This document shows positions 27,283 through 34,633 of a DNA stretch of 48,319 nt, in pieces (the first letter of the stretch is position 1; each line of letters starts with the position of its first letter). This DNA comes from Gaiellales bacterium (GTDB lineage Bacteria; Actinomycetota; Thermoleophilia; Gaiellales; JAICJC01): positions 1 through 48,319 of the forward strand of contig DASXOR010000011.1 of NCBI GenBank assembly GCA_036494095.1. The letters are read 5' to 3'. The notes beneath the pieces were generated by a model. The model did not search any database. It was given only the letters and a program-made list of their open reading frames with translations, and was not told where the DNA came from. Made by a program: the position numbers and the translations under genes.

Positions 27283-27333
27283 GGTTCATCTAGACCGGTG
27301 GTGCGGCCACGCGCCGCGGCGCCGATCATGAAA

Positions 27334-28299
27334 CTACGCGGGCCGAACACCAGCCGCCGGTTTCGGCCCGCGATTCCCCCTCCCCGGGTTTAGGCGCACT
27401 TCCCTCTCGTAGGCATCGGCAGTCCAGGCGATCCGCATGCCCAGGCGCTCGTACAGGCGCCGCGCCCCGGCGTTGTCGCCGTCGACGCCCAGCCCGACGC
27501 GCCGCTCGCCCCGGCGCCACAGCCGGTGGAAGCTCTCGAGCAGAAGCGCCGCGCCCAGCCCCCTGCGCCGCCACGGCGGCCGCACCGCGAGGCTCTCGAC
27601 GAAGCCCATGCCGAAGGTGTCCGGCATGCACAGGGCGGCGCCACATACCTCGTCCCCGTCCCGAGCCACGATCCACAGCCGCCGGTCGAAGCGCGGGTCG
27701 GCCACCTTCTGCTCGCGCCACTGCGCCTGGTTGCTCCACGCGTTCGAGAACGCCTCGACGATGCAGGCGTCCACCATCGGCCCGTCAGTGCCCGGGTCGA
27801 ACGCCGCGGCCACGAGGCCGTCCGGCCAGACCGGAGCCGGCGGCGCCGCTGCGAGGTCTGCGACCATGCGCAGGTGCTCTTCGGCGCGCTCGTAGCCGCG
27901 CGATTCGAGCAGCTCGCGGGCGGCGCAATCCGCGCGCAGCACGGCATTGCGGAGCACGATCAGCGCCGGGTCGGCGGCGGCTGCGCGCTCCTGCGTCCGC
28001 CGCTCGGTCGCCGCGACGAGCGCCGCGCCGACCCCGTGGCCGGCGTGATCGGGGTCGACCCAGCCGAGCGCGAACAGGCGCCCGTGGCCGTCGTCGTGCA
28101 GGCAGGCATGGCCGGCCGGGACGCCGTCGCGTTCGACCAGCCACGCGTCGCGGCGCACATCCCCGAGCCCGGCCCAGTCGTCGCGGACGTCGGCTGCGCT
28201 GCGGCCCGGGTCGCCGCCCATCGCGCGGCCGTAGGCGTTTCCGAGCGCGGCCACCACCCCCGCCTCGCCGGGCCGCGGCGGTCGCAGCTGCAGGCTCAC
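27334..28299 (-). CDS. tandem-GNAT N-acetyltransferase (MshD-like two-domain architecture)
   Basis: Track ORF of 321 aa. GTG start in a GTGA overlap with the upstream stop. Two acetyl-CoA motifs: HAGHGVGAALV and RRRGLGAALLLES. Confidence 0.8.
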   Translation of the reverse strand: MSLQLRPPRPGEAGVVAALGNAYGRAMGGDPGRSAADVRDDWAGLGDVRRDAWLVERDGVPAGHACLHDDGHGRLFALGWVDPDHAGHGVGAALVAATERRTQERAAAADPALIVLRNAVLRADCAARELLESRGYERAEEHLRMVADLAAAPPAPVWPDGLVAAAFDPGTDGPMVDACIVEAFSNAWSNQAQWREQKVADPRFDRRLWIVARDGDEVCGAALCMPDTFGMGFVESLAVRPPWRRRGLGAALLLESFHRLWRRGERRVGLGVDGDNAGARRLYERLGMRIAWTADAYEREVRLNPGRGNRGPKPAAGVRPA

Positions 28300-29519
28300 C
28301 GCGCGGCCGGCGCTCCCAGCGCGGCGTCGACCGCGTCGGGGTCGGCCGGGATCGCGATCGTCTCCACCGCCCCGGCCACCGCCTCGACGGTCTTCAGGCC
28401 GTCACCGGTGATGAACGCGACGACCGTCTCGCCCGCGCCGATCTCGCCGCGCTCGGCCAGGCCGCGCAGCACGGCCATTGTGACGCCGCCGGCCGTCTCG
28501 GTGAAGATGCCGGTCGTGCGGGCGAGCAGACGGATGCCGTCGACGATCTCGGCATCGGCGGCCGACTCGATGCTGCCGCCGGTGCGGCGGGCGACACCGA
28601 GCGCGTAGACGCCGTCGGCGGGATTGCCGATCGCGAGCGACTTCGCGATGCCGGTTGGGCGCACCGGCACGACCGCATCGGCGCCGGCCGCGTAGGCCGA
28701 AGCGACGGGCGAGCAGCCCTCGCCCTGGGCGCCGTGCATCACCGGCGCCGGGCCGGGCGCGATCAGGCCGGCGGTGCGCCCCTGCTCGAACCCCTGCAGG
28801 ATCTTCGTGTAGAGCGACCCCGAGGCGATCGGCACGACGACGCGGTCGGGCGCACGCCAGCCCAGCTGCTCGGCCGTCTCGAGGGCGATCGTCTTCGACC
28901 CCTCGGCGTAATAGGCGCGCATGTTCACGTTCACGAACGCCCACGGGCGGTCGTAGGTGAGCTCGGAGCACAGCCGGTTCACGTCGTCATACGAGCCGTC
29001 CACCGCGAACACCGTGGCGCCGTAGGCGGCCGCGGCGATGATCTTCTCGCGCTCGAGGTCGGACGGAACGAAGATGTACGTGGGCAGCCCCAGGGCGGCG
29101 CCGGCCGCCGCGGTGGCGCCGGCCAGGTTGCCGGTCGACGCGCAGGCGAGCGCCTCGTAGCCGAGCTCGACCGCTTTCGCGGCGGCGACCGCGACGACCC
29201 GGTCCTTGAACGAGTGGGTGGGGTTCGACGTCTCGGTCTTGATGTAGAGATCGCACTCGAGGCCGAGCTCGGCGGCCAGCCGGTCGGCCTTGATCAGCGG
29301 CGAGCACCCCACCGGGAGGCCGTGCTCGGGCGGCGCCACCGGCAGGAAGTCGGCGAACCGCCAGAGCGTCCGCGGCCCGGCCTCGACGCGGCCGCGCGCC
29401 ACCGGTTCGGACTCGTCCCAGCCGACCTCGAGCGGGCCGAAACAGCGGTCGCACGCAAACAGCGCCTCGAGCGGGTAGGTGGCCCCGCAGCCCTTGCAGG
29501 CGAGATGGCTTGCCTTCAT
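28296..29519 (-). CDS. thrC: threonine synthase family PLP enzyme with an N-terminal Cys4 zinc ribbon
   Basis: ATG 29519 (MKASHLACKGCGATYPLEALFACDRCFGPLE) inside track ORF 28296..30014. PLP lysine in NPTHSFKDR. Motifs ASTGNLAG and YYAEGSKT. Function is questioned in the findings because of the SAM riboswitch. Confidence 0.85.
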   Translation of the reverse strand: MKASHLACKGCGATYPLEALFACDRCFGPLEVGWDESEPVARGRVEAGPRTLWRFADFLPVAPPEHGLPVGCSPLIKADRLAAELGLECDLYIKTETSNPTHSFKDRVVAVAAAKAVELGYEALACASTGNLAGATAAAGAALGLPTYIFVPSDLEREKIIAAAAYGATVFAVDGSYDDVNRLCSELTYDRPWAFVNVNMRAYYAEGSKTIALETAEQLGWRAPDRVVVPIASGSLYTKILQGFEQGRTAGLIAPGPAPVMHGAQGEGCSPVASAYAAGADAVVPVRPTGIAKSLAIGNPADGVYALGVARRTGGSIESAADAEIVDGIRLLARTTGIFTETAGGVTMAVLRGLAERGEIGAGETVVAFITGDGLKTVEAVAGAVETIAIPADPDAVDAALGAPAAR

Positions 29520-29567
29520 GGTCGATCCCCTACGTTCGGGCCGGCGCCGCATGGGCGCCGGACGGTT

Positions 29568-29679
29568 CACATCGTCCGGGATCGTGAGACCCCGCCGGAT
29601 TTGGCACCTTTCCCGGCCGGCACGGCCGGGATGGTTGCCGAGGCTTCGCAGGGCCGGTCCCTCCGCCTCTCTGGATGCG
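29568..29679 (-). promoter_or_regulatory. SAM-I (S-box) riboswitch aptamer in the 5' leader of the ThrC-family gene
   Basis: Minus-strand RNA: CGCAUCCAGAGAGGCGGAGGGACCGGCCCUGCGAAGCCUCGGCAACCAUCCCGGCCGUGCCGGCCGGGAAAGGUGCCAAAUCCGGCGGGGUCUCACGAUCCCGGACGAUGUG. S-box core present: AGAGAGGYGGAGGGAC.GGCCC..GAA.CC.GGCAACC ... GGUGCCAAAUCC. P1 is CGCAUC/GAUGUG, P2 is GAGGC/GCCUC, P3 is CCCGGCCG/CGGCCGGG. Confidence 0.9.
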
Positions 29680-29798
29680 ACGCCGGGGATCGCCCCGGCG
29701 GGTACGCACACTGCTCGTCTCATGGTAGACGGCGCCCACCCCGGGCGGCAAACCACAACTGGTGGAAGATTCGTGTGGGCACGCGCGTCTGGTGGGAC

Positions 29799-29993
29799 AT
29801 GATTCCGAACTCGCACATGTACCTTCAGGTGGCGCGACTGCGCCAGGCCGAGCTCGCAGCCCAGGCCCGCCATGCCGAGCTCATCCGGCGCGCGCGGGCG
29901 GGGCAGCTGCAGCCCGAGCTTGCAGCCGGCCGCGTGCATGAGCGCCGCTCCCGCTTGGCCACGCTTCTGCGCGGCCGGCCGGCGATGGCCTGA
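29799..29993 (+). CDS. small Arg/Ala-rich helical hypothetical protein (64 aa; alternative start 29817)
   Basis: C-terminal part of track ORF 28734..29993: MIPNSHMYLQVARLRQAELAAQARHAELIRRARAG... GC3 is high only from here on. Confidence 0.4.
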   Translation: MIPNSHMYLQVARLRQAELAAQARHAELIRRARAGQLQPELAAGRVHERRSRLATLLRGRPAMA

Positions 29994-30023
29994 CCTCCAG
30001 CGCCCCGCCGGCACCGGCTTGGT

Positions 30024-30054
30024 GGCCGCCTAACCAACCCCTCGTTAGGCGGCC
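30024..30054. terminator. 11-bp stem hairpin GGCCGCCTAAC-N9-GTTAGGCGGCC between convergent small ORFs
   Basis: Read directly. It lies 30 nt after the + ORF stop (29993) and 65 nt after the - ORF stop (30119). Confidence 0.5.
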
Positions 30055-30118
30055 GCCTAGGCCGGGCCTCCCTTAGGCGCCTCTGTGGACTCGCGCCGCG
30101 CAGCCGCCCGATCGTGCT

Positions 30119-30434
30119 CTAGTGCGCCGCGGCGCACTGCGCGGCGGTGGGGGTGCGCACGGAGATCGGCGGGTCGAGCGCGATCGCCTGCGAGTCGTCA
30201 AAGACGCCGAGCACGGTGAAGTGTGCCGTCACAGACGACTGCGTCGTGACTCCCGGTGATGACCGGTACCAGTGGACACGCGGACGCAGCGTGATCGAGG
30301 CGTTGGTATCCGCCGGATCCTGCGTGTGCGCCGACAACGGGAAGGCCGCCCACCCTGGAGGCCCCAGCCTCCAGCGGCACGGTCGAGGTCAGGGTATGTA
30401 GCCCCCAGGTGACCGTCCCCAGGACGGTGAGCAC
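30119..30434 (-). pseudogene. possible frameshifted small gene downstream of sulfite reductase (two track ORFs, 30198..30434 and 30119..30337, joined by a +1 shift near 30337)
   Basis: The high-GC3 signal sits in the frame of 30198..30434 down to about 30340. It then moves to the frame of 30119..30337. Strand assignment is uncertain because + ORF 30147..30401 shares the same third positions. Confidence 0.25.
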
Positions 30435-30465
30435 GGCGGCCGATACGGTCGGCGCCGGGCCGAGG

Positions 30466-32139
30466 CTACGCGGCCGCCTCCGCCGCCTCGGAGGGCTCCG
30501 GTGCGACCGCGACGCCTGCGAGCGCCGCCAGCCGCCGGTCGGACTGCTCGGCGGCCCAGCGGGCGAACGTGCCGTCCGCGGGCCGCTCGGCGGCGTAGGC
30601 GCGCACCAGCCGCTCGACCGCGTATTTGGCGTCCTCGGCCGGGATCGGCTTCGACGAGACCCGGCGGCCGAAGCCCGCGTCCTCGCCGAGGCGGCCGCCG
30701 ATATGGACGATGAAGCCCTGCACCCGGCGGCCGTCGGGCAGGCGCGCGATCCCGCCCTGCAGGCCGATGTCGGCCACCTGGTACTGGGCGCAGGCGTTGG
30801 GGCAGCCGTTCAGGTTGATCCGCAGCGAGCCGGCGATGTCCCCCACCCTCCGCTCCAGGTGCTCGATCAGCTCGCGGGCGCGCTCCTTCGTCTCGACGAT
30901 GGCGAGCTTGCAGAACTCCATGCCGGTGCACGAGATGATCCCGCGCCGGAACGTGGATGCTGTCGTCGGCAGGCCTACATCGGCGAGCGACGCGGCCGCC
31001 TCCTCGACGCTCGCGTCGGGCACGCCGAGCACGATCACGTTCTGCCGGTTCGTGCAGCGCAGCTCGCCCGATCCGAAGCGGTCGGCGATGTCGGCGACGG
31101 CGATCATCTGCTCACCGCTGAAGCGGCCGCGCAGCGTCGTCGCGCCCAGGTAGTACAGGCCCGCCTCGATCTGCGGGTGCACGCCCAGGTGGTCGCGGTG
31201 CGGGTCGATCGGATCGGCCGGGACGACGGACGTCGGCAGGCTGCGGCCGATCTTGCGCTCGACCTCGGCCCGGAGCCGCTCGACGCCCCACTCGTCGACC
31301 AGGAACTTGATCCGCGCGCGTGTCCGCTTGGTGCGCTTGCCCTCGTCGCGGAAGAGCTCGGTGATCGCGGCGCACACCTCGGCTGCCTCGCCGGGCAGGA
31401 CGAACGCGTCCAGGCGCCTGCCCATGCGGGCGGACGCGCCCAGGCCGCCGCCGACCCAGACGTCGTAGCCGAGGACGCCTTCGCGCTCGACCGCGACCAG
31501 GCCGATGTCGTTGATCTCGTGCTGGGCGCAGCGGTGCAGGCAGCCCGACACCGACACCTTGAACTTGCGCGGCAGATTCGAGAAGCGCTTGTCGCCCACG
31601 AAGATGCGCTCGAGCTCGGCGATCAGCGGGCGCGAGTCGAGCAGCTCGTGGCCGTCCACCCCGGCGAGCGGGCAGCCGACGACGTTTCGCCACACGTCGC
31701 CGCACGCCTGCGTGAACGAGAGCCCGACCGCGTTCAGCTCGTCGAGGACGACGGGCATGTCCTCGATGCGCAGCCAGTGCAGCTGGATGTTCTGACGGGT
31801 GGTGATGTCGCCCATCCCGCGGCCGTAGCGCACCGAGAGCCGGCCGATCGTGCGCAGCTGATCCGCGGTCACGATCCCGTTCGGGAACTTGATCCGCAGC
31901 ATGAAGAGGCCGTCGGTCTCCTCGGACGGGCCGGGCACGCCCGATTCGGCCGATTCCGCGGCGCGCTGGGTGTAGACGCCGTACCACCGAAACAGCGCGA
32001 GGTCGTCCGGCTCGATCGCCTCGAAGCCGAGCTCGGCGTAGCGGTAGATGTCGGCCAGCACGTCCAAGCCGTCCTTGCGAGCCTTGATGTGCTCGATCTC
32101 GGGCAGCTTCGCCGCGGTATCGGTGGGCATAACAGGCAC
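30466..32139 (-). CDS. ferredoxin-dependent sulfite (nitrite/sulfite) reductase, SirA/NirA type
   Basis: Track ORF of 557 aa with a GTG start. Two NIR_SIR repeats. Siroheme/4Fe-4S cysteines in TGMEFCKLA and NGCPNACAQ. Confidence 0.9.
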   Translation of the reverse strand: MPVMPTDTAAKLPEIEHIKARKDGLDVLADIYRYAELGFEAIEPDDLALFRWYGVYTQRAAESAESGVPGPSEETDGLFMLRIKFPNGIVTADQLRTIGRLSVRYGRGMGDITTRQNIQLHWLRIEDMPVVLDELNAVGLSFTQACGDVWRNVVGCPLAGVDGHELLDSRPLIAELERIFVGDKRFSNLPRKFKVSVSGCLHRCAQHEINDIGLVAVEREGVLGYDVWVGGGLGASARMGRRLDAFVLPGEAAEVCAAITELFRDEGKRTKRTRARIKFLVDEWGVERLRAEVERKIGRSLPTSVVPADPIDPHRDHLGVHPQIEAGLYYLGATTLRGRFSGEQMIAVADIADRFGSGELRCTNRQNVIVLGVPDASVEEAAASLADVGLPTTASTFRRGIISCTGMEFCKLAIVETKERARELIEHLERRVGDIAGSLRINLNGCPNACAQYQVADIGLQGGIARLPDGRRVQGFIVHIGGRLGEDAGFGRRVSSKPIPAEDAKYAVERLVRAYAAERPADGTFARWAAEQSDRRLAALAGVAVAPEPSEAAEAAA

Positions 32140-32167
32140 TCCTTCAGTTGATTCGGCTCACCCTAGC

Positions 32168-32185
32168 CAGTTTGGATCCAAACTG
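32168..32185. promoter_or_regulatory. 18-bp perfect palindrome CAGTTTGGATCCAAACTG in the sir/GntR divergent region (candidate GntR operator)
   Basis: Read directly. It lies 29 nt from the sir start and 59 nt from the GntR start. Confidence 0.5.
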
Positions 32186-32243
32186 CAAGCGACGGGATAC
32201 ATGGTGCCGGAACCCGACGTATCCGGGTGTTAACATCGATGGT

Positions 32244-32951
32244 GTGACCCCGCACGCCCCCGTCCTCTCGCGCGCCGACGACCTCGCCCACCAGCTCCAG
32301 GTCGAGATCGTGACCGGCCGCATCCCGCTCGGCGCGCGCCTGCGCCAGGAGGATCTGGCCGCCCGCTTCGGCGTCAGCCGCACGCCGGTGCGCGAGGCTC
32401 TGCGCCAGCTGCAGGCGATCGGCCTCGTCGACCAGCTCGGCCACCGGGGTGCGGTCGTGCGCCAGTTCAGCGCCGAGGAGTGCCGCAACGTCTATCTGGT
32501 GCGCGCCGAGCTCGAAGGTCTCGCCGCCGAGCGGTCGGCGGGCCGCCTCACCGGCTACGACAAGGCCGACCTCGACGTCGCCCAGGCCCTGCTCCGCACC
32601 GGGTACGAGCGCCATCGCCTGCTCGCAGCCGGCGACGAGTCCGGGCTCGCGATCCTGTGCGAGCAGTGGTCACAGGCCAACGAGCTGTTTCACAACGTGA
32701 TCCTGGCCGCCGCCTCGTGCCCGCCGCTGCGCGACACCGTGCAGTCGCTCCAGAACGCCGTTCCCCGCTCGATCGCCTGGCGGACGTTCGCCGACGACCC
32801 GGACATCATCCCCCGCAGCGTCGCCGACCACGACCGCATCGTCGAGGCGCTGGTCAAGCCCGACGCCCGCCGCGCCCGCCGGCTGCTGCACGCGCATGTG
32901 GCCGAGACCGGCGCGACCGCCGCCCGCTGGCTCGAACGCCAGAGCAGCTAG
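32244..32951 (+). CDS. GntR family regulator (FadR/FCD subfamily)
   Basis: Track ORF 32148..32951, trimmed to GTG 32244 because GC3 is low before it. Motif LRQEDLAARFGVSRTPVREAL, followed by an all-helical FCD-like domain. Confidence 0.85.
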   Translation: MTPHAPVLSRADDLAHQLQVEIVTGRIPLGARLRQEDLAARFGVSRTPVREALRQLQAIGLVDQLGHRGAVVRQFSAEECRNVYLVRAELEGLAAERSAGRLTGYDKADLDVAQALLRTGYERHRLLAAGDESGLAILCEQWSQANELFHNVILAAASCPPLRDTVQSLQNAVPRSIAWRTFADDPDIIPRSVADHDRIVEALVKPDARRARRLLHAHVAETGATAARWLERQSS

Positions 32952-32965
32952 CCGCGCGCGATCAA

Positions 32966-32996
32966 GGTGCCTGGCACCGTTCCGGTGCCAGGCACC
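32966..32996. terminator. 13-bp perfect stem GGTGCCTGGCACC-gttcc-GGTGCCAGGCACC between convergent genes
   Basis: Read directly. Each arm is itself palindromic. Confidence 0.6.
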
Positions 32997-33014
32997 GGGG
33001 CTCGCCCCGTGTAT

Positions 33015-34094
33015 TCAGCTCGGGCGAGCGGCGCCGTCGAACGAGCCGCCGCCGGAGAGGCTCGCGACCTGCACGACGGTGCCGGTGTGCGGGGCGTGGA
33101 TCATCTCGCCGCCGCCGATGTAGATGCCGACATGGCCGAGCCCGTCGAAGAAGACCAGGTCGCCGGGCTCGAGGTCGCCCTCGGAGACGTGGGGCAGCAC
33201 CGCGTACTGCGCGGCGGCGTTGTGCGGGAGCGACACGCCGAGCTGGCCGTATACGTACATCGTGAGGCCCGAGCAGTCGAACCCGGACGGGCTCGCCCCG
33301 CCCCACACGTAGGGCACGCCGAGGTACTGCTCGGCGAGCTGCACCGCCTGGCCGCCGAGCGTGCTCGCCGGCGGGTTCGGCAGATTCGTGGGCGCCCCGG
33401 TCGAGCCGGACTGGGCGGCCGCGGCGGCCGCGGCCGCCGCTGCCGCCGCCTGCTGGGCGTCGATCATGTGCTTGATCGAGGCCTTGAGGTTGTTGAAGTA
33501 GCGCTGCTCGCGATCGACGCTCGCCCGCGCGGCATCTCGCTGGGCCGCCGCCGTGGCCTGGTCGTGCTTGACCTGCTTCTTCTGCTTCTCGAGCAGCTTC
33601 CCGCGGCTGACCACGACGGCCTGGTAGTGGGTGATCTCGCGCAGAAGCGACTTGCTCACACCGGTGGAGCGCTGCAGGACCTGCACCTGGTCGACGAGGT
33701 CGCCGATCGAGCGGGCCGCGAGCACGTAGGAGAGCGCGTCCTGGTGTCCGCTCTTGTAATCCGCGGTCAGGCTGAGCGCGAGCTGCCGCTGGGCGGAACG
33801 GAGGTTCTGGCGCGCGAGCCGCAGCGTCTGCTGGTTGCGGTGCAGCGCCTTGAGCGTGTTCTGGTAGCGCTGATGGACGAGATCGTAGGCCTCGACCTTC
33901 TTCTCGGCCGCGTTCTGGAGCTGGGTCAGCTGTGCCTCTGCCGCAGCCGCCTGCGCCTTCTTCTGCGCGATCGACGTGGCCGATGCCGTTCCGGCGGTGG
34001 CTGCCGCGACCAGTATCGCCGTGACCACTGCGGTCGCGATACTCGCTCGGGTTACGCGCACGCGTCCGTGCGCCTGGCCTCGGGCGTTTAGCAT
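33015..34094 (-). CDS. NlpC/P60 (C40) peptidoglycan endopeptidase with an N-terminal coiled coil (RipA-like)
   Basis: ATG 34094 inside track ORF 33015..34595. Signal/TM, long coiled coil, poly-Ala linker. Motifs YVWGGASPSGFDCSGL and HVGIYIGGGEMIHAP. Confidence 0.85.
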   Translation of the reverse strand: MLNARGQAHGRVRVTRASIATAVVTAILVAAATAGTASATSIAQKKAQAAAAEAQLTQLQNAAEKKVEAYDLVHQRYQNTLKALHRNQQTLRLARQNLRSAQRQLALSLTADYKSGHQDALSYVLAARSIGDLVDQVQVLQRSTGVSKSLLREITHYQAVVVSRGKLLEKQKKQVKHDQATAAAQRDAARASVDREQRYFNNLKASIKHMIDAQQAAAAAAAAAAAAQSGSTGAPTNLPNPPASTLGGQAVQLAEQYLGVPYVWGGASPSGFDCSGLTMYVYGQLGVSLPHNAAAQYAVLPHVSEGDLEPGDLVFFDGLGHVGIYIGGGEMIHAPHTGTVVQVASLSGGGSFDGAARPS

Positions 34095-34180
34095 TGGCTC
34101 GCAGGCTACCAAACCCGGCGGCCAGACGCAGAGGGCAGGTGGGCCCCCTAACGAATCCGTCACATATCGGCCGGGCCGGC

Positions 34181-34633
34181 TCACGCGGCGGCCTGGAGGG
34201 CAATCCAGGCAACGGCGGTGAGGGTGCACGCCACGGGCCAGCGCCACCACACATGGCCGGGGGCGTGCAGCGACCACACGCTGCCGGCCGCATAGGCCGC
34301 CACCGTCACCCCGACGACGGCGGGCGACCACGTCACACCGCCGTCGTTCACCGCAACACTCGCGACGGCCGCGTCGAGCGCCGCCGCCCAGGCGATCACG
34401 GCGGTCACGAGCACCCGCTCGACCGCGAGCGCGCGGGCGACGCCCGGCCAGGCCGCCGGCCCGAGCCAGGCAGCCAGGCCGGCCAGCCCGGCGGCGCCGA
34501 GCGCCAGGATGCCGGGAGCCGCCGATCCACCCGCTGCCGCGACCACGAGCGGCGCGACCGGCAGGGCCAGCGCGAGCACCGCTGCGGCCGCCCATCGCGA
34601 CGGCGCGGCGGTGCGGACATCACGTGCGCTCAT
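34181..34633 (-). CDS. hypothetical 4-TM membrane protein
   Basis: ATG 34633 inside track ORF 34181..34771. ATGA overlap with the rhodanese stop. Confidence 0.5.
   Translation of the reverse strand: MSARDVRTAAPSRWAAAAVLALALPVAPLVVAAAGGSAAPGILALGAAGLAGLAAWLGPAAWPGVARALAVERVLVTAVIAWAAALDAAVASVAVNDGGVTWSPAVVGVTVAAYAAGSVWSLHAPGHVWWRWPVACTLTAVAWIALQAAA

Noticed and set aside
30147-30401. Plus-strand Cys-rich 84-aa ORF as a confident gene
   Set aside because: Its third positions coincide with those of minus ORF 30119..30337, and its GC3 decays over the last ~15 codons. Strand and frame cannot be decided from sequence alone. It is reported only as part of the frame-switch finding.
33400-33470. GC-rich repetitive stretch (GCN repeats)
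   Set aside because: It encodes the poly-Ala linker of the NlpC/P60 protein. This is ordinary low-complexity coding sequence, not a tandem repeat element or CRISPR. The same applies to the Gly/Ser linker at about 43440-43500 and the Thr/Gly linker in the RodZ-like gene.
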